Below are positions 48,269-57,457 of a DNA stretch of 59,369 nt, in pieces; within the stretch, counting starts at the first letter, position 1, and each line of letters opens with the position of its first letter. The position numbers and the translations under genes were made by a program. This DNA is from a virus (lineage: Duplodnaviria > Caudoviricetes). The stretch spans positions 1 through 59,369 of IMG/VR virus record IMGVR_UViG_3300010052_000002; one strand, written 5' to 3'. Under the pieces are notes generated by a model that was not told the origin of the DNA, made no database searches, and was given only the letters and a program-made list of their open reading frames with translations.

Positions 48269-48559
48269 GTGGACTGGATCGACGGAATTGCACGGCTCGG
48301 GTTCCCTGTGATGGCCTCGGTCGCACTGGCATGGGCGTTCAACGCCTTCATCCAAAGGCGCGAAAAGGAAGCGGCGGATCGCGAAGCGGCATTGATTGCA
48401 TCCCTGGTTAAAGAGCGAGAGTTCAAGGACGGCAAGCTGGTCGAGCTGATCATTGGATACTCCAAGGATCACGACGACACGCTGGAGATGAACAGCCGTG
48501 CCAAGACGCTCTTGGAGGACCTGTTGAGCAGGCGGGGATCATGGCCAGAAAAGTCGTGA
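48269..48559 (+). CDS. Single-TM holin-like protein
   Basis: N-terminal GFPV hydrophobic helix followed by a charged coiled coil (BhlA-like layout). Confidence 0.5.
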   Translation: MDWIDGIARLGFPVMASVALAWAFNAFIQRREKEAADREAALIASLVKEREFKDGKLVELIIGYSKDHDDTLEMNSRAKTLLEDLLSRRGSWPEKS

Positions 48560-48753
48560 AGACGGCCCCGCCACCACGAGCCTGCCAGTCCCCCGCCTAC
48601 GTCCCAACCCCAGCCCAGATCGCAGCCGAGTGCGAGGCCATCAGGGCGGAATGGACGCGGGCGGAACATCGCAGGCGAGAGCACAAGTGCCGTGGCAGGA
48701 TTGAACGCGACGTCAGGGTGTGCCGGTTCGGGGATGAGGTGGAGGAGGTTTGA
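48541..48753 (+). CDS. Hypothetical protein
   Basis: PTPAQIAAECEAIRAEW...E.RRR motif. Confidence 0.6.
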   Translation: MARKVVKTAPPPRACQSPAYVPTPAQIAAECEAIRAEWTRAEHRRREHKCRGRIERDVRVCRFGDEVEEV

Positions 48754-48755
48754 GG

Positions 48756-49538
48756 ATGGAGGGTCCACGCGGTGGTCGCCGTCAGGCATGTGTTGTGTGC
48801 GGCAAGGAATGCAAACCTCGCAGTTATCAAAGGAAGAGGCCGCTGTGTTCGAGGGCGTGCCGGTATCAAGCACGCAATATTCTCTGGAAGCGAACGTGTG
48901 ATTACTGCGGCAAGCAGTATCCCAACCGCGATAAGCGAAATCGATTTTGTGGCGCTGAATGCCGAGGCCGGGTTCGGAAGCAGCGAGGGGAGGAATTGCG
49001 AAGGCGAACGTACTTGGTGTTGTGTGATTGGTGCGGGAAGCAATTGCGGCGTCAGCCATATATCCAGAAGCGAAACGCGGGCAACTACTGCAACGCCCAA
49101 TGTCAAATAAAACGGAGACGGAATGATCGGTACGGTTCACCAGACGGCCCGACACCAGTTGTCCGACGAGTGCGATCAGATTGGGAACAGCTCGCCGACA
49201 GGGCAGCTAGGGCAATTGTGCCCAAAGAACGAGATGAGTGGCGAGATCGGTGTCGTTCAGCAGCAGCATGCTTGCGACACAGAGGAGCAGAGCGTGGACG
49301 ATCGATTCCCGAATCGCGTCGAGAGACATCTTGGGATGCAAGGGCAGAGAAAGAGATCAGACGAATCGTGCTCGGGAGTGAGTGGTCGCGGAAAGGAGAG
49401 TGGGAGCGAATGTGCACCAACCGAGCCAACAACCTGCGAAAGCGAGCTCGCAGGATCAGCCACAAGCGCAGAACTGCTGACCTTGCTCAAGGTTCAGCAG
49501 TTCAGGTGCGCGATGACAGGGGTGGAGATTACGCCTAG
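48756..49538 (+). CDS. Arg-rich protein with three C2-C2 zinc fingers
   Basis: CVVCGK..CSRAC, CDYCGK..CGAEC, CDWCGK..CNAQC. Confidence 0.7.
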   Translation: MEGPRGGRRQACVVCGKECKPRSYQRKRPLCSRACRYQARNILWKRTCDYCGKQYPNRDKRNRFCGAECRGRVRKQRGEELRRRTYLVLCDWCGKQLRRQPYIQKRNAGNYCNAQCQIKRRRNDRYGSPDGPTPVVRRVRSDWEQLADRAARAIVPKERDEWRDRCRSAAACLRHRGAERGRSIPESRRETSWDARAEKEIRRIVLGSEWSRKGEWERMCTNRANNLRKRARRISHKRRTADLAQGSAVQVRDDRGGDYA

Positions 49539-49713
49539 CTCAGCACGCCTAGACCATAAGAGGCCTGCATCTGATGGTGGTGGGCATGGCGTCGACAATC
49601 TGCAGTGGGTGCATGCGATTGTGAATCGAATGAAGGGCACGATGAGCGAGGCAGAGTTCGTGGAATGGTGTCGAAAGGTGGCAAAAAAGCTGGGTCCTTC
49701 CGGCCCCCTGTAA
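49336..49713 (+). CDS. HNH endonuclease (terminase-associated)
   Basis: Q.FRCAMTG...LDH..P.S.GG.H..DNLQWV...VN.MKG; start uncertain; overlaps the upstream ORF. Confidence 0.85.
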   Translation: MQGQRKRSDESCSGVSGRGKESGSECAPTEPTTCESELAGSATSAELLTLLKVQQFRCAMTGVEITPSSARLDHKRPASDGGGHGVDNLQWVHAIVNRMKGTMSEAEFVEWCRKVAKKLGPSGPL

Positions 49714-49745
49714 CCCCAGGCGGGTCGCCGCATCGGGGGTTTTTT
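49713..49745 (+). terminator. Possible intrinsic terminator
   Basis: ACCCC...GGGGT imperfect stem followed by a T run. Confidence 0.4.
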
Positions 49746-50295
49746 GTCAATAAGCAGCGCAAATCCGGTTGTTGTTGAGAGGAGAGCACGCATTGCCAGT
49801 GGAAGACGACGCGAACGAGCCCGCACCACGCGAATCGTCGAGATGGCGGAGTTCGCAGGCGTCTCGGAGCAGGCGCTGCGGGCGTGGATGCGTTTGCCTG
49901 GATTCCCGCGGGCCCCAGACGGCTCGGTATGCCTGTGGGACCTCGCCATCTGGAAGCACCGCTACGACAAGGGCGGTGACGTGTCGGAAGAGATTCCCGA
50001 CGGCGTTGACTCCCCGGCTCTTGAGGAGTTTCGCCGGGCCCGGGCGGAGCAGGAAAAGATCAAGCTGCTTCGGATGCAGGGGGAGTTTGTTTCGCTGGAG
50101 GACGTTCACGCGGCGATGGCGGAAACAGCATCGGTGATGAAGTCCACTGCCGAGCGGATCATGCGAGACGCCGGCAATGATGTTGCGTTGATGCTGAATG
50201 AGGCTTGGGACGAGGTCGAGCGGCGACTGGAGCACCTTTTCAAAGATGGTCGTGGTGGCGGAGAGGACGACAGCTCGAACGGCGCTGCTGAATGA
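49744..50295 (+). CDS. terS: Terminase small subunit (Nu1-like)
   Basis: HTH (MAEFAGVSEQALRAW...GFP), coiled coil, GEFV; start codon uncertain. Confidence 0.8.
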   Translation: MSISSANPVVVERRARIASGRRRERARTTRIVEMAEFAGVSEQALRAWMRLPGFPRAPDGSVCLWDLAIWKHRYDKGGDVSEEIPDGVDSPALEEFRRARAEQEKIKLLRMQGEFVSLEDVHAAMAETASVMKSTAERIMRDAGNDVALMLNEAWDEVERRLEHLFKDGRGGGEDDSSNGAAE

Positions 50296-52228
50296 GTGGC
50301 GCTGGTGGGCGAGGTCGTGTGCGGTTCAGCCACTTAGGGGAATGCGTGCATTCGCTGAGGCCGAGGTTGTCATTCCTGACGGCCCGTTCCAGGGGCGACG
50401 ATTTCGTTGTGACCGCCAGCCGTGGTCCGGCCTGTGGTTCGATGCGATTGACTCTGACAAGTACCAGCGATTCGCGGCGACTGGACCAAGCCAGAGCGGG
50501 AAGACGCTGTCCTGTTACGTGATCCCGACCATGTACCACCTGTTCGAGATCGGAGAAACGGTGGTCTGCGGCGTGCCGAAGATGGACATGGCCCACGACA
50601 AGTGGGAGCAGGATTTCCTGCCGGCCATCCGGGCATCGCGGTTCGCCGACCTGCTGCCGACGAAGGGGCGAGGCTCGCGAGGTGGAACGTTTGATTCGAT
50701 CACGTTTCGGAATGGCGCGACGCTGCGGTTTATGACCGGCGGAGGTGACGACAAGAGCCGTGCTGGGTTTACGTCCCGGGTCGTCGTGGTGACGGAGGTG
50801 GATGGCCTGGATAAGTCGTCAGAGTTGTCCCGCGAGGCCGACCCGATCAAGCAGTTGGAGGCGAGGACGCGGGCCTACGGCAGTCGCCGGCGGATCTACC
50901 TGGAATGCACGGTGTCGACCAAAGACGGTCGCATCTGGCAGGAGTATAGCCAGGGCACGGAATCGAAGATCGTCGCGCCCTGCCCGCACTGTGGCCGATG
51001 GATCACTCCAGAGCGGAAGGACATGCTCGGCTGGGATGGGGCGGTGAGTGAGTTTGAGGCGGAGGAACGAGGACAGTTCTTCTGCCCGCTGGATGGTTGT
51101 GCGGCCGGATTGTCCGAGCAGCAGCGAGTTGAGGCGAATCGGGCGGCGAGGTTGATTCATCGAGGACAGGTGGTCGGTGCGGACGGCGAGGTTGCCGGGG
51201 AGATGCCGCAGACGCGGACGCTGGGCTTTCGGTGGTCGGCGTTCAACAACCTGTTCATCTCGTCGGGGGAGCTTGCGGCGGAGGAGTGGAAATCGTCACG
51301 GGAAGCGGACGAGGAGAACGCGAACCGCGAGCGGAATCAATTCGTGTGGTGTGTTCCGGCCGATGCTGCCGAGCAATCGGTGACGGAGCTCCATCCACGG
51401 GACATCATCCAGCGGCAGGGGGAGTTCGAGCGAGGGGTGCTGCCGACCGGCTGTCAGGCGGTGACGGCGTTCATCGACGTGGGTAAGCACCTGTTGCACT
51501 GGACCGCGAAGGGCTGGTCTCCGGAGCCGTTTGGATACACGGTCGATTACGGAGTGGAGGACGTCTACTCGCGGGAAATGGGCGAGGAAGTGGCGATCCT
51601 GTCGGCGATCCGTAAGTGCATAGAGACCCTGATGGGCGGGTTCCCTCAGGGCGACGTGATGCGGAAGCCGGCCGCGATCCTGGTGGACTCCGGCAACTGG
51701 ACAACGACAGTCTACGCCGCGTGCCTGGAGGCTCGTGCGGCCGGTTATCCGGTGTGGCCGGCAAAGGGGTTCGGAAGCGGCGTGTTCGGCCGCATCAACT
51801 ACTCGAAACCGAGCGGGGTTGGGCAGAAGGTGACGTGGATCGGCGACGGGATGCACGTTGTCCGCGAGACGATTGATGGACGGCGACTGGAGCTCGTCGA
51901 GATCAACGCAGATGAGTGGAAATCCAAGACCCATTCGCGGCTCGAATGCGACAAGTCGAAGCCCGGGGCGATCCTGCTGTTCAAGGCGGATTCGAAAGAG
52001 CACTGGAAGTACTCGCAGCACCTGACCGCAGAAAAGAAAACGGAAGAGTTCGTGGTCGGCAAGGGCTGGCAGACGAAGTGGGCCAAGGTGTCGAAGGCGA
52101 ATCACTGGCTTGATAGCGAGGCTGGTGCGAATGCGGCTGCCGAGTTGATCGGCGTGCGTGTCGTGCAGCTCGTGAAGACCGTGAAGCCGCGAATGAGTTT
52201 GTCCGCAATCCAGGCGTCAAAGCGATGA
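50246..52228 (+). CDS. terL: Terminase large subunit (lambda GpA family)
   Basis: SQSGKT, VTEVD, PCPHCG, IDVG, VDSG, NHWLD. Confidence 0.92.
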   Translation: MVVVAERTTARTALLNEWRWWARSCAVQPLRGMRAFAEAEVVIPDGPFQGRRFRCDRQPWSGLWFDAIDSDKYQRFAATGPSQSGKTLSCYVIPTMYHLFEIGETVVCGVPKMDMAHDKWEQDFLPAIRASRFADLLPTKGRGSRGGTFDSITFRNGATLRFMTGGGDDKSRAGFTSRVVVVTEVDGLDKSSELSREADPIKQLEARTRAYGSRRRIYLECTVSTKDGRIWQEYSQGTESKIVAPCPHCGRWITPERKDMLGWDGAVSEFEAEERGQFFCPLDGCAAGLSEQQRVEANRAARLIHRGQVVGADGEVAGEMPQTRTLGFRWSAFNNLFISSGELAAEEWKSSREADEENANRERNQFVWCVPADAAEQSVTELHPRDIIQRQGEFERGVLPTGCQAVTAFIDVGKHLLHWTAKGWSPEPFGYTVDYGVEDVYSREMGEEVAILSAIRKCIETLMGGFPQGDVMRKPAAILVDSGNWTTTVYAACLEARAAGYPVWPAKGFGSGVFGRINYSKPSGVGQKVTWIGDGMHVVRETIDGRRLELVEINADEWKSKTHSRLECDKSKPGAILLFKADSKEHWKYSQHLTAEKKTEEFVVGKGWQTKWAKVSKANHWLDSEAGANAAAELIGVRVVQLVKTVKPRMSLSAIQASKR

Positions 52229-52458
52229 ACCTCACACTTGAACCGCTGCCCACCGGTGACCGCCTGACGCCCATGCCAAACGAGACCCGCGATAAAGGCG
52301 TGCGATGCCCGGTCTGTCATTGCCGGCTGTGCCCGGTGATGTGGACTAGGCACACGGTCAATTCGACACGCCGGCGCCGGAAGTGCCGAAACTGTCTGAA
52401 GGAATTCACGGAGTTGGCGATTGTTGTTCAAGACCTTCCAGATGATGGAGACGAGTGA
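52225..52458 (+). CDS. Zn-ribbon protein (NrdR-N/Ogr-like; possible late regulator)
   Basis: CPVC...RRRRKCRNC...FT. Confidence 0.7.
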   Translation: MNLTLEPLPTGDRLTPMPNETRDKGVRCPVCHCRLCPVMWTRHTVNSTRRRRKCRNCLKEFTELAIVVQDLPDDGDE

Positions 52459-53033
52459 TGCTTCGACGCAATTTTGTGACGGCGATGTTTGGTTCGCTGG
52501 CAGCCATGTTTACGGGCAGGGCTGCGAAAGCTGGTTCGGCAGGAACGGACTGGCGGGAGATGATGTTGGCGGCTGAGCGGGCCAGATTGGGTCGGCCGTT
52601 CAAGTCGTTCGCTGACCTCGGCCCCGACGCCAAGTTTCGAATGGAGATTCCAGCATCGTTCGACTGGAACGGAGAAAAGTGTGACATGACTCTCAGGGTT
52701 CCGTCGCCGGCCAACGTCCACCACAAGGTCATCGCCGACGGTGACTGCCTGTTCGTCGGAACCTATATCGCCCCTCACGGAAAGACCGTCGAGCCGGCCA
52801 AGCGGGCGGCCATGCTGTGCGCTGACGCCTCGCCCGCAATGAACGTCGTCGTCCTCGATGTGAACGGGACGCTCGTGAAGATCTCGACGTTGGGGATTGC
52901 AGATCGGCACGACTTCGGCGTCAACGTCGTGAATGGGCCGTCGGACGCCGTGAAGATTGTGAGTTGCAGCAATGAGCCGTACACGCCACGGCGGGTCAAG
53001 TATCGGGATTTGGATGGCGTGGTGCATGGTTAA
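52455..53033 (+). CDS. Hypothetical protein with twin-arginine-like signal
   Basis: MLRRNFVTAMFGSLAAMF...AKA. Confidence 0.6.
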   Translation: MMLRRNFVTAMFGSLAAMFTGRAAKAGSAGTDWREMMLAAERARLGRPFKSFADLGPDAKFRMEIPASFDWNGEKCDMTLRVPSPANVHHKVIADGDCLFVGTYIAPHGKTVEPAKRAAMLCADASPAMNVVVLDVNGTLVKISTLGIADRHDFGVNVVNGPSDAVKIVSCSNEPYTPRRVKYRDLDGVVHG

Positions 53034-53235
53034 ATCGATCTGGAGAGCATGGCGTACAGGGGGTGTACGGATTTTGTGATTCGGCTGACGATTGTCGTCG
53101 ACCTGACATTCCGGCAAACCTTCATTCACTGTTGAATTGCTGCCATGGGACCGCGCCTGACGCGCGATCTCCAAAGCACGCCTGAACCGGAGTAATTAAC
53201 CGGGAGAGGCCATCAAGACTCGCTGGCTCGTGATG

Positions 53236-53268
53236 GGGGCCGCGCGACGAGCGCGGTCCCTTTTCGTT
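53236..53268 (+). terminator. Terminator-like hairpin in the head operon leader
   Basis: GGGCCGCGC-GACGA-GCGCGGTCC stem followed by CTTTTCGTTT. Confidence 0.5.
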
Positions 53269-53282
53269 TGCCGGTTCGAGAC

Positions 53283-53480
53283 ATGGCCAAGCTGACGCCG
53301 GAACAACTCGCCGAGCTCGCTCTCACCCCGAAAGAGGATGAGATCGAGGACCGTCGCACGCTTCAACGCGACGCAAAGGATGTTCTCGCGCTCGACCAGG
53401 CTGCCAGCGAGACGGCTGCGGCCACCCGCTCACGACTCCCGATTCGCTTCATGCAGACCCGGCCCCCGGGTGCTTCCTGA
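53283..53480 (+). CDS. gpW-like head-completion protein
   Basis: Small ORF directly before the lambda-type portal, TGATG coupled. Confidence 0.6.
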   Translation: MAKLTPEQLAELALTPKEDEIEDRRTLQRDAKDVLALDQAASETAAATRSRLPIRFMQTRPPGAS

Positions 53481-54988
53481 TGTCCGCAGTTGCCGCATCG
53501 CCGATTGTCGTTGAGGCGAAGCAGCCCGCGGAACCGCTGCGCCTGTCGGAGATCTCGCCGACGACCCGCATTCGCCAGAAGTACGACGCGGCCGCAACGA
53601 CCAATGAGAACGCTCGGCACTGGGCAAATGCTGACGGACTTGGCCCTGATTCCGCATTGGACCCCGGTGTCCGCCGAATCCTTCGGAATCGGGCTCGGTA
53701 CGAAGTCGCAAACGACACGTACGCCGCCGGAATCATCAACACGCTGGCCAACGACACGATTGGCCGCGGGCCGATGCTCCAGGTCTTCGACCTCCCGAAA
53801 GAGGAAGCGAAGACGGTTGAGCTCCTTTTCTGGCAGTGGTCCGTTGCGACTAAGTTCGCCCTGAAATTGCGGACGATGCGACGCGCCAAGGCCGTCGATG
53901 GCGAGTCTTTTGCCTCATTTTTCACCAATCCGAGGGTCAAAAACCCGGTTCGGCTCGATTTGCAGCTCCACGAGGCGGAAATGATCGCCTCCCCAAAGTG
54001 GAAGCCGGACGACACGAGCCTCGCGGACGGAATCATCTTCGACGACTTCGGTAACGTCGCCGGCTACACGGTGCTCCGCGAGCATCCGGGCGAGATGCGG
54101 TCGATTGGCGCGAACGACTACGAAACCGTTCGCGCCGACGAAATGATCCACCTGTTCAACGCCGATCGGCCCTCTCAGTCGCGTGGTGCGCCTGAAATTG
54201 CGGCCGCTTTGCCCCTGTTTGCCCTCCGTCGGCGGTACTCACTGGCTGTTTTGAGGGCTGCCGAGAACGCTGCCCTGCATTCGGGCATCATTCACACGCA
54301 GGCGAACGCCGCCGACCCGCAAGAGCTTGAGCCGCTTGAGGCAATCGACCTTGAACGCGGCATGCAGACGGTGCTGCCGAAGGGTTGGGAGTACAGCCAA
54401 CTCAAAGCGGAGCAGCCGACCGCGTCGTTCGATCCGTTCACGAAGGCAATCATCAGGGAGGTCGGTCGATGCGTGAACATGCCGTTCAACATCGCCGCGG
54501 GTGATTCGTCTGGATACAACTATTCGTCCGGCCGGATGGACCACCAGGTCTATTTCAAGGCCAATGACGTCGAGCGGGCCGTCGTCTTTGAGGCTGGCGC
54601 CTGCGATCCTACGTTCTCTCGCTGGTGGGCTGAGGCCCGCCTCATCCCGGGCTATCTGCCACCGACGGCTCAGTCGCGCACGTCGCCGCCTCTGCATTCC
54701 TGGAGGTGGGACGGACGCGAACACGTCGACCCGCAGAAGGAAGCGAGTGCTCAGGCGACCAAATTGAGCAGTGGTTCGACCCATTTGCGAACGGAATACG
54801 CCAAAGAGGGCAAGGACTTCGACGACGAAGTCGCCGCCATGGCTCGCGACTACGGCGTGAGCGAGGCTGAGGTGCGGCGTGCTCTGTTCGTGAAGCATCT
54901 CGGTGGGGCGGTGCCGGCTCAGTCCGCCGCGACTGCTCCGGTTGCGGAAGACGATGAAGACGAGATTCCGGAGGACGCCGATGAGTAA
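53480..54988 (+). CDS. Portal protein (lambda family)
   Basis: LRNRARY..AND.YA.G, DGE.F, R..Q.RG.P, NYSS.R, VDP.KE. Confidence 0.93.
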   Translation: MSAVAASPIVVEAKQPAEPLRLSEISPTTRIRQKYDAAATTNENARHWANADGLGPDSALDPGVRRILRNRARYEVANDTYAAGIINTLANDTIGRGPMLQVFDLPKEEAKTVELLFWQWSVATKFALKLRTMRRAKAVDGESFASFFTNPRVKNPVRLDLQLHEAEMIASPKWKPDDTSLADGIIFDDFGNVAGYTVLREHPGEMRSIGANDYETVRADEMIHLFNADRPSQSRGAPEIAAALPLFALRRRYSLAVLRAAENAALHSGIIHTQANAADPQELEPLEAIDLERGMQTVLPKGWEYSQLKAEQPTASFDPFTKAIIREVGRCVNMPFNIAAGDSSGYNYSSGRMDHQVYFKANDVERAVVFEAGACDPTFSRWWAEARLIPGYLPPTAQSRTSPPLHSWRWDGREHVDPQKEASAQATKLSSGSTHLRTEYAKEGKDFDDEVAAMARDYGVSEAEVRRALFVKHLGGAVPAQSAATAPVAEDDEDEIPEDADE

Positions 54989-57062
54989 TCGAGTTCCCTC
55001 CGAGATCCGTTTCCGCGCCGATTCGGGCAATATTGCGTTCGCAAAAGCCGCCGAAGGCGATGAAAAGCAGCTCCGGACGTTCGAAGGCGTGGCTTACACC
55101 GGCGCGCTTGTTGGCGTTGGCGGCTGGCCCTATCCGGTCATCACGGAATTGAAGGGCGGGCGAGTTTCGAAGAAGCCGCGGCCGTCCCTCCGCGATCACG
55201 ACACGTCGAAGATTGTTGGCCACTCGACGTCCATCGACCTCTCGGCGACTCAGCTCACGATCAGTGGCGTCGTGTCGGCGGTCAATGAGCACGCGCGGGA
55301 GGTTATTGAGTCTGCCGACAACGGTTTCCCGTGGCAGATGTCGATCGGCGCGTCGGTCAAAAAGGTTGTGAAGCTTGAAGAGGGCGAGTCGGCCGTGGTC
55401 AACGGCCGGAAGGTCTCTGGTCCTGTGTACATCGTTCGGCAATGGGAGCTGAACGAGGTGTCTTTCGTTGCCCTTGGTGCTGACGACGACACGTCGGCGA
55501 AGGTTGCGGCCTCCGCCGCGTGTTCAACCCTAGGAGTTCTTTCAATGACTTACGAAAAATGGGCGGCGGACAAGGGATTCGACGACGTCTCGATCCTCTC
55601 TCAAAAGGCTCAGGACTCGCTCAAGCAGCAGTTCGAGATTGAGCAGAACGTTGCCAGCGACCCGCCGCCGACCCAACAAAAGAAGGCTTCCAGTGGCGAC
55701 GGCAATTCGCTCGACGACATTGCCGCGCAGGTGCGTCTCAACCAGGCTCGCAAGCAGCAGATTACGCAGCTCGCCGGCCGGTTCATCACCGAGAACCCCA
55801 GCCGGCTGGATGAGATCCAGAAGCGCGCGAATCTGGCGATGGAAGGCGGCACGTCGCCGACGGAGTTCGAGCTGGAAATGCTCCGCGAGATGCGTCCGCA
55901 GACCGGTGGCCTCTCCGGCCGGCGCCGCGACGGCGGTCAGGTGACGAACAAGGTCATCGAGGCGGCTGTTTGCAAGGCGGGCGGTCTCAGCAGCCTCGAA
56001 AAGGAGTTCGATGCCCAGACGCTCGAACTGTCCGACAAGCATTTCCGGAACGGCATCGGCCTGTGCGAGATGCTGCAGATCGTCGGCCGCGAGAACGGCT
56101 GCCACGAGTCTTCGGTGAAGCAGAACCTGGGGGAATACCTCCAGTTCGCGTTCCCCGGCCGGATTCAGCAGAGCGGATTCTCGACGCTCAGCCTTCCCGG
56201 CATTCTGTCAGCGGTGGCGAACAAGTTTGTTCGCGTCGCCTTCAACAACGTCGAGTCGGTGTGGCGTGCGATCGCGGCGATTCGGTCTGTGACCGACTTC
56301 AAGCAGATCAACACGTACTCGCTGACCGGCGACCTGACCTACGAAAAGGTCGGTCCGAGCGGCGACATCAAGCACGGGACGCTTGGGGAGATCGGCTACA
56401 CGAACCAGGCTGAGACGTTCGCCAAGATGCTGGCGATCACTCGGCGGGACTGGATCAACGACGACCTCGGCGCCTTCATCACCGTGCTCATGCGGCTCGG
56501 TCGCGGCGGAGCTCTCGCGGTCTGCGAGGCGTTCTGGACCGAGTTCATGGACAACTCCACGTTCTTCACCGCGGGCCGCAACAACTTCGACGACGGCGGC
56601 ACCGACACGCCCTTCAACGCCGACAACCTGATCCGCGCGGACGAGATGTTCCGGAATCAGACGGATCCGGACGGAAAGCCGCTCGGCGCGATGCCGCGAA
56701 TCCTGCTTGTTCCTCCGGCACTGCGAATTCCCGCTCTGCGGCTGATGAACAGCCAGACGGTCTACAAGGACACCGACAACGGCGGGTCGAACCCGTGGGC
56801 CGGTGCGTTCCGCGTCGAATCGTCGCTGTACCTCTCGAACGCGAGCTTTACCGGGAATTCGAGCAAGGCGTGGTACTTGCTGGCCGATCCGAGCGACATC
56901 CCGGTCATCGAGGGCGTGTTCCTCAATGGACGCCAGGAGCCGCTCATCGAGTCGGCCGATGCCGATTTCAACACGCTCGGCGTCCAGATGCGCGGCGTTC
57001 ACGACTTCGGGTTCCGGAAGCAGGAATACCGCGGCGGTGTGAAGTTCAAGGGCGAAGCCTGA
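54981..57062 (+). CDS. Fused prohead protease, scaffold and major capsid protein
   Basis: N-terminal protease motifs (DHD..IVG, WQMSIG, EVSFV.LGAD); C-terminal capsid motifs (INDDLGAF, P.ILLVP, WYLLAD, HDFG). Confidence 0.9.
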   Translation: MSNRVPSEIRFRADSGNIAFAKAAEGDEKQLRTFEGVAYTGALVGVGGWPYPVITELKGGRVSKKPRPSLRDHDTSKIVGHSTSIDLSATQLTISGVVSAVNEHAREVIESADNGFPWQMSIGASVKKVVKLEEGESAVVNGRKVSGPVYIVRQWELNEVSFVALGADDDTSAKVAASAACSTLGVLSMTYEKWAADKGFDDVSILSQKAQDSLKQQFEIEQNVASDPPPTQQKKASSGDGNSLDDIAAQVRLNQARKQQITQLAGRFITENPSRLDEIQKRANLAMEGGTSPTEFELEMLREMRPQTGGLSGRRRDGGQVTNKVIEAAVCKAGGLSSLEKEFDAQTLELSDKHFRNGIGLCEMLQIVGRENGCHESSVKQNLGEYLQFAFPGRIQQSGFSTLSLPGILSAVANKFVRVAFNNVESVWRAIAAIRSVTDFKQINTYSLTGDLTYEKVGPSGDIKHGTLGEIGYTNQAETFAKMLAITRRDWINDDLGAFITVLMRLGRGGALAVCEAFWTEFMDNSTFFTAGRNNFDDGGTDTPFNADNLIRADEMFRNQTDPDGKPLGAMPRILLVPPALRIPALRLMNSQTVYKDTDNGGSNPWAGAFRVESSLYLSNASFTGNSSKAWYLLADPSDIPVIEGVFLNGRQEPLIESADADFNTLGVQMRGVHDFGFRKQEYRGGVKFKGEA

Positions 57063-57075
57063 TCGGCTCCCTGTG

Positions 57076-57106
57076 GCGCGGCGGGTGTTCACGATGAACG
57101 CTCGCC
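57076..57106 (+). terminator. Hairpin after the capsid gene
   Basis: GCGGCGGGTGTTCA-CGA-TGAACGCTCGCCGC; weak U-tract. Confidence 0.4.
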
Positions 57107-57151
57107 GCTGTCTGATTCCTCTCCCTTTCATTCCATCACAGGACAGGCTCA

Positions 57152-57457
57152 ATGGCTGCGTTCAATATCACCCTCCCGCCCGCCGTGGACGGCTCTCCAA
57201 AGACCAGAACCGTCAAGGTGGGCTGGAACCAGGAATCGGCATCGCAGGAGGTCGAGTCGTCGAAGAAGACGGCCATCGTCGAAGTGCCGGACGGTGTGTC
57301 GTTCGCGGTCATCTGCGACGACGTCCGCCAGTCATTCAATCCGGCTGGCGAACCGATCGGCGTGGCCAAGAGCCGTCAGCCGGCCATGTCGGCGACGCCA
57401 GCGAAAGCCAAGGCCAGCGACAAGCCGACCGTCGAGGGCCCGACCAGTGGAAAGTAA
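57152..57457 (+). CDS. Hypothetical head-operon protein
   Basis: Between the capsid and the glycosyltransferase. Confidence 0.65.
   Translation: MAAFNITLPPAVDGSPKTRTVKVGWNQESASQEVESSKKTAIVEVPDGVSFAVICDDVRQSFNPAGEPIGVAKSRQPAMSATPAKAKASDKPTVEGPTSGK

Noticed and set aside
48166-48411. ORF with N-terminal hydrophobic helix overlapping the holin-like gene
   Set aside because: No clear RBS, and the C-terminus is a shadow of the 48269 frame; it cannot be supported, though not excluded.
49700-49800. cos site upstream of terS
   Set aside because: Expected for a GpA-type terminase with HNH, but no specific sequence could be identified by eye.
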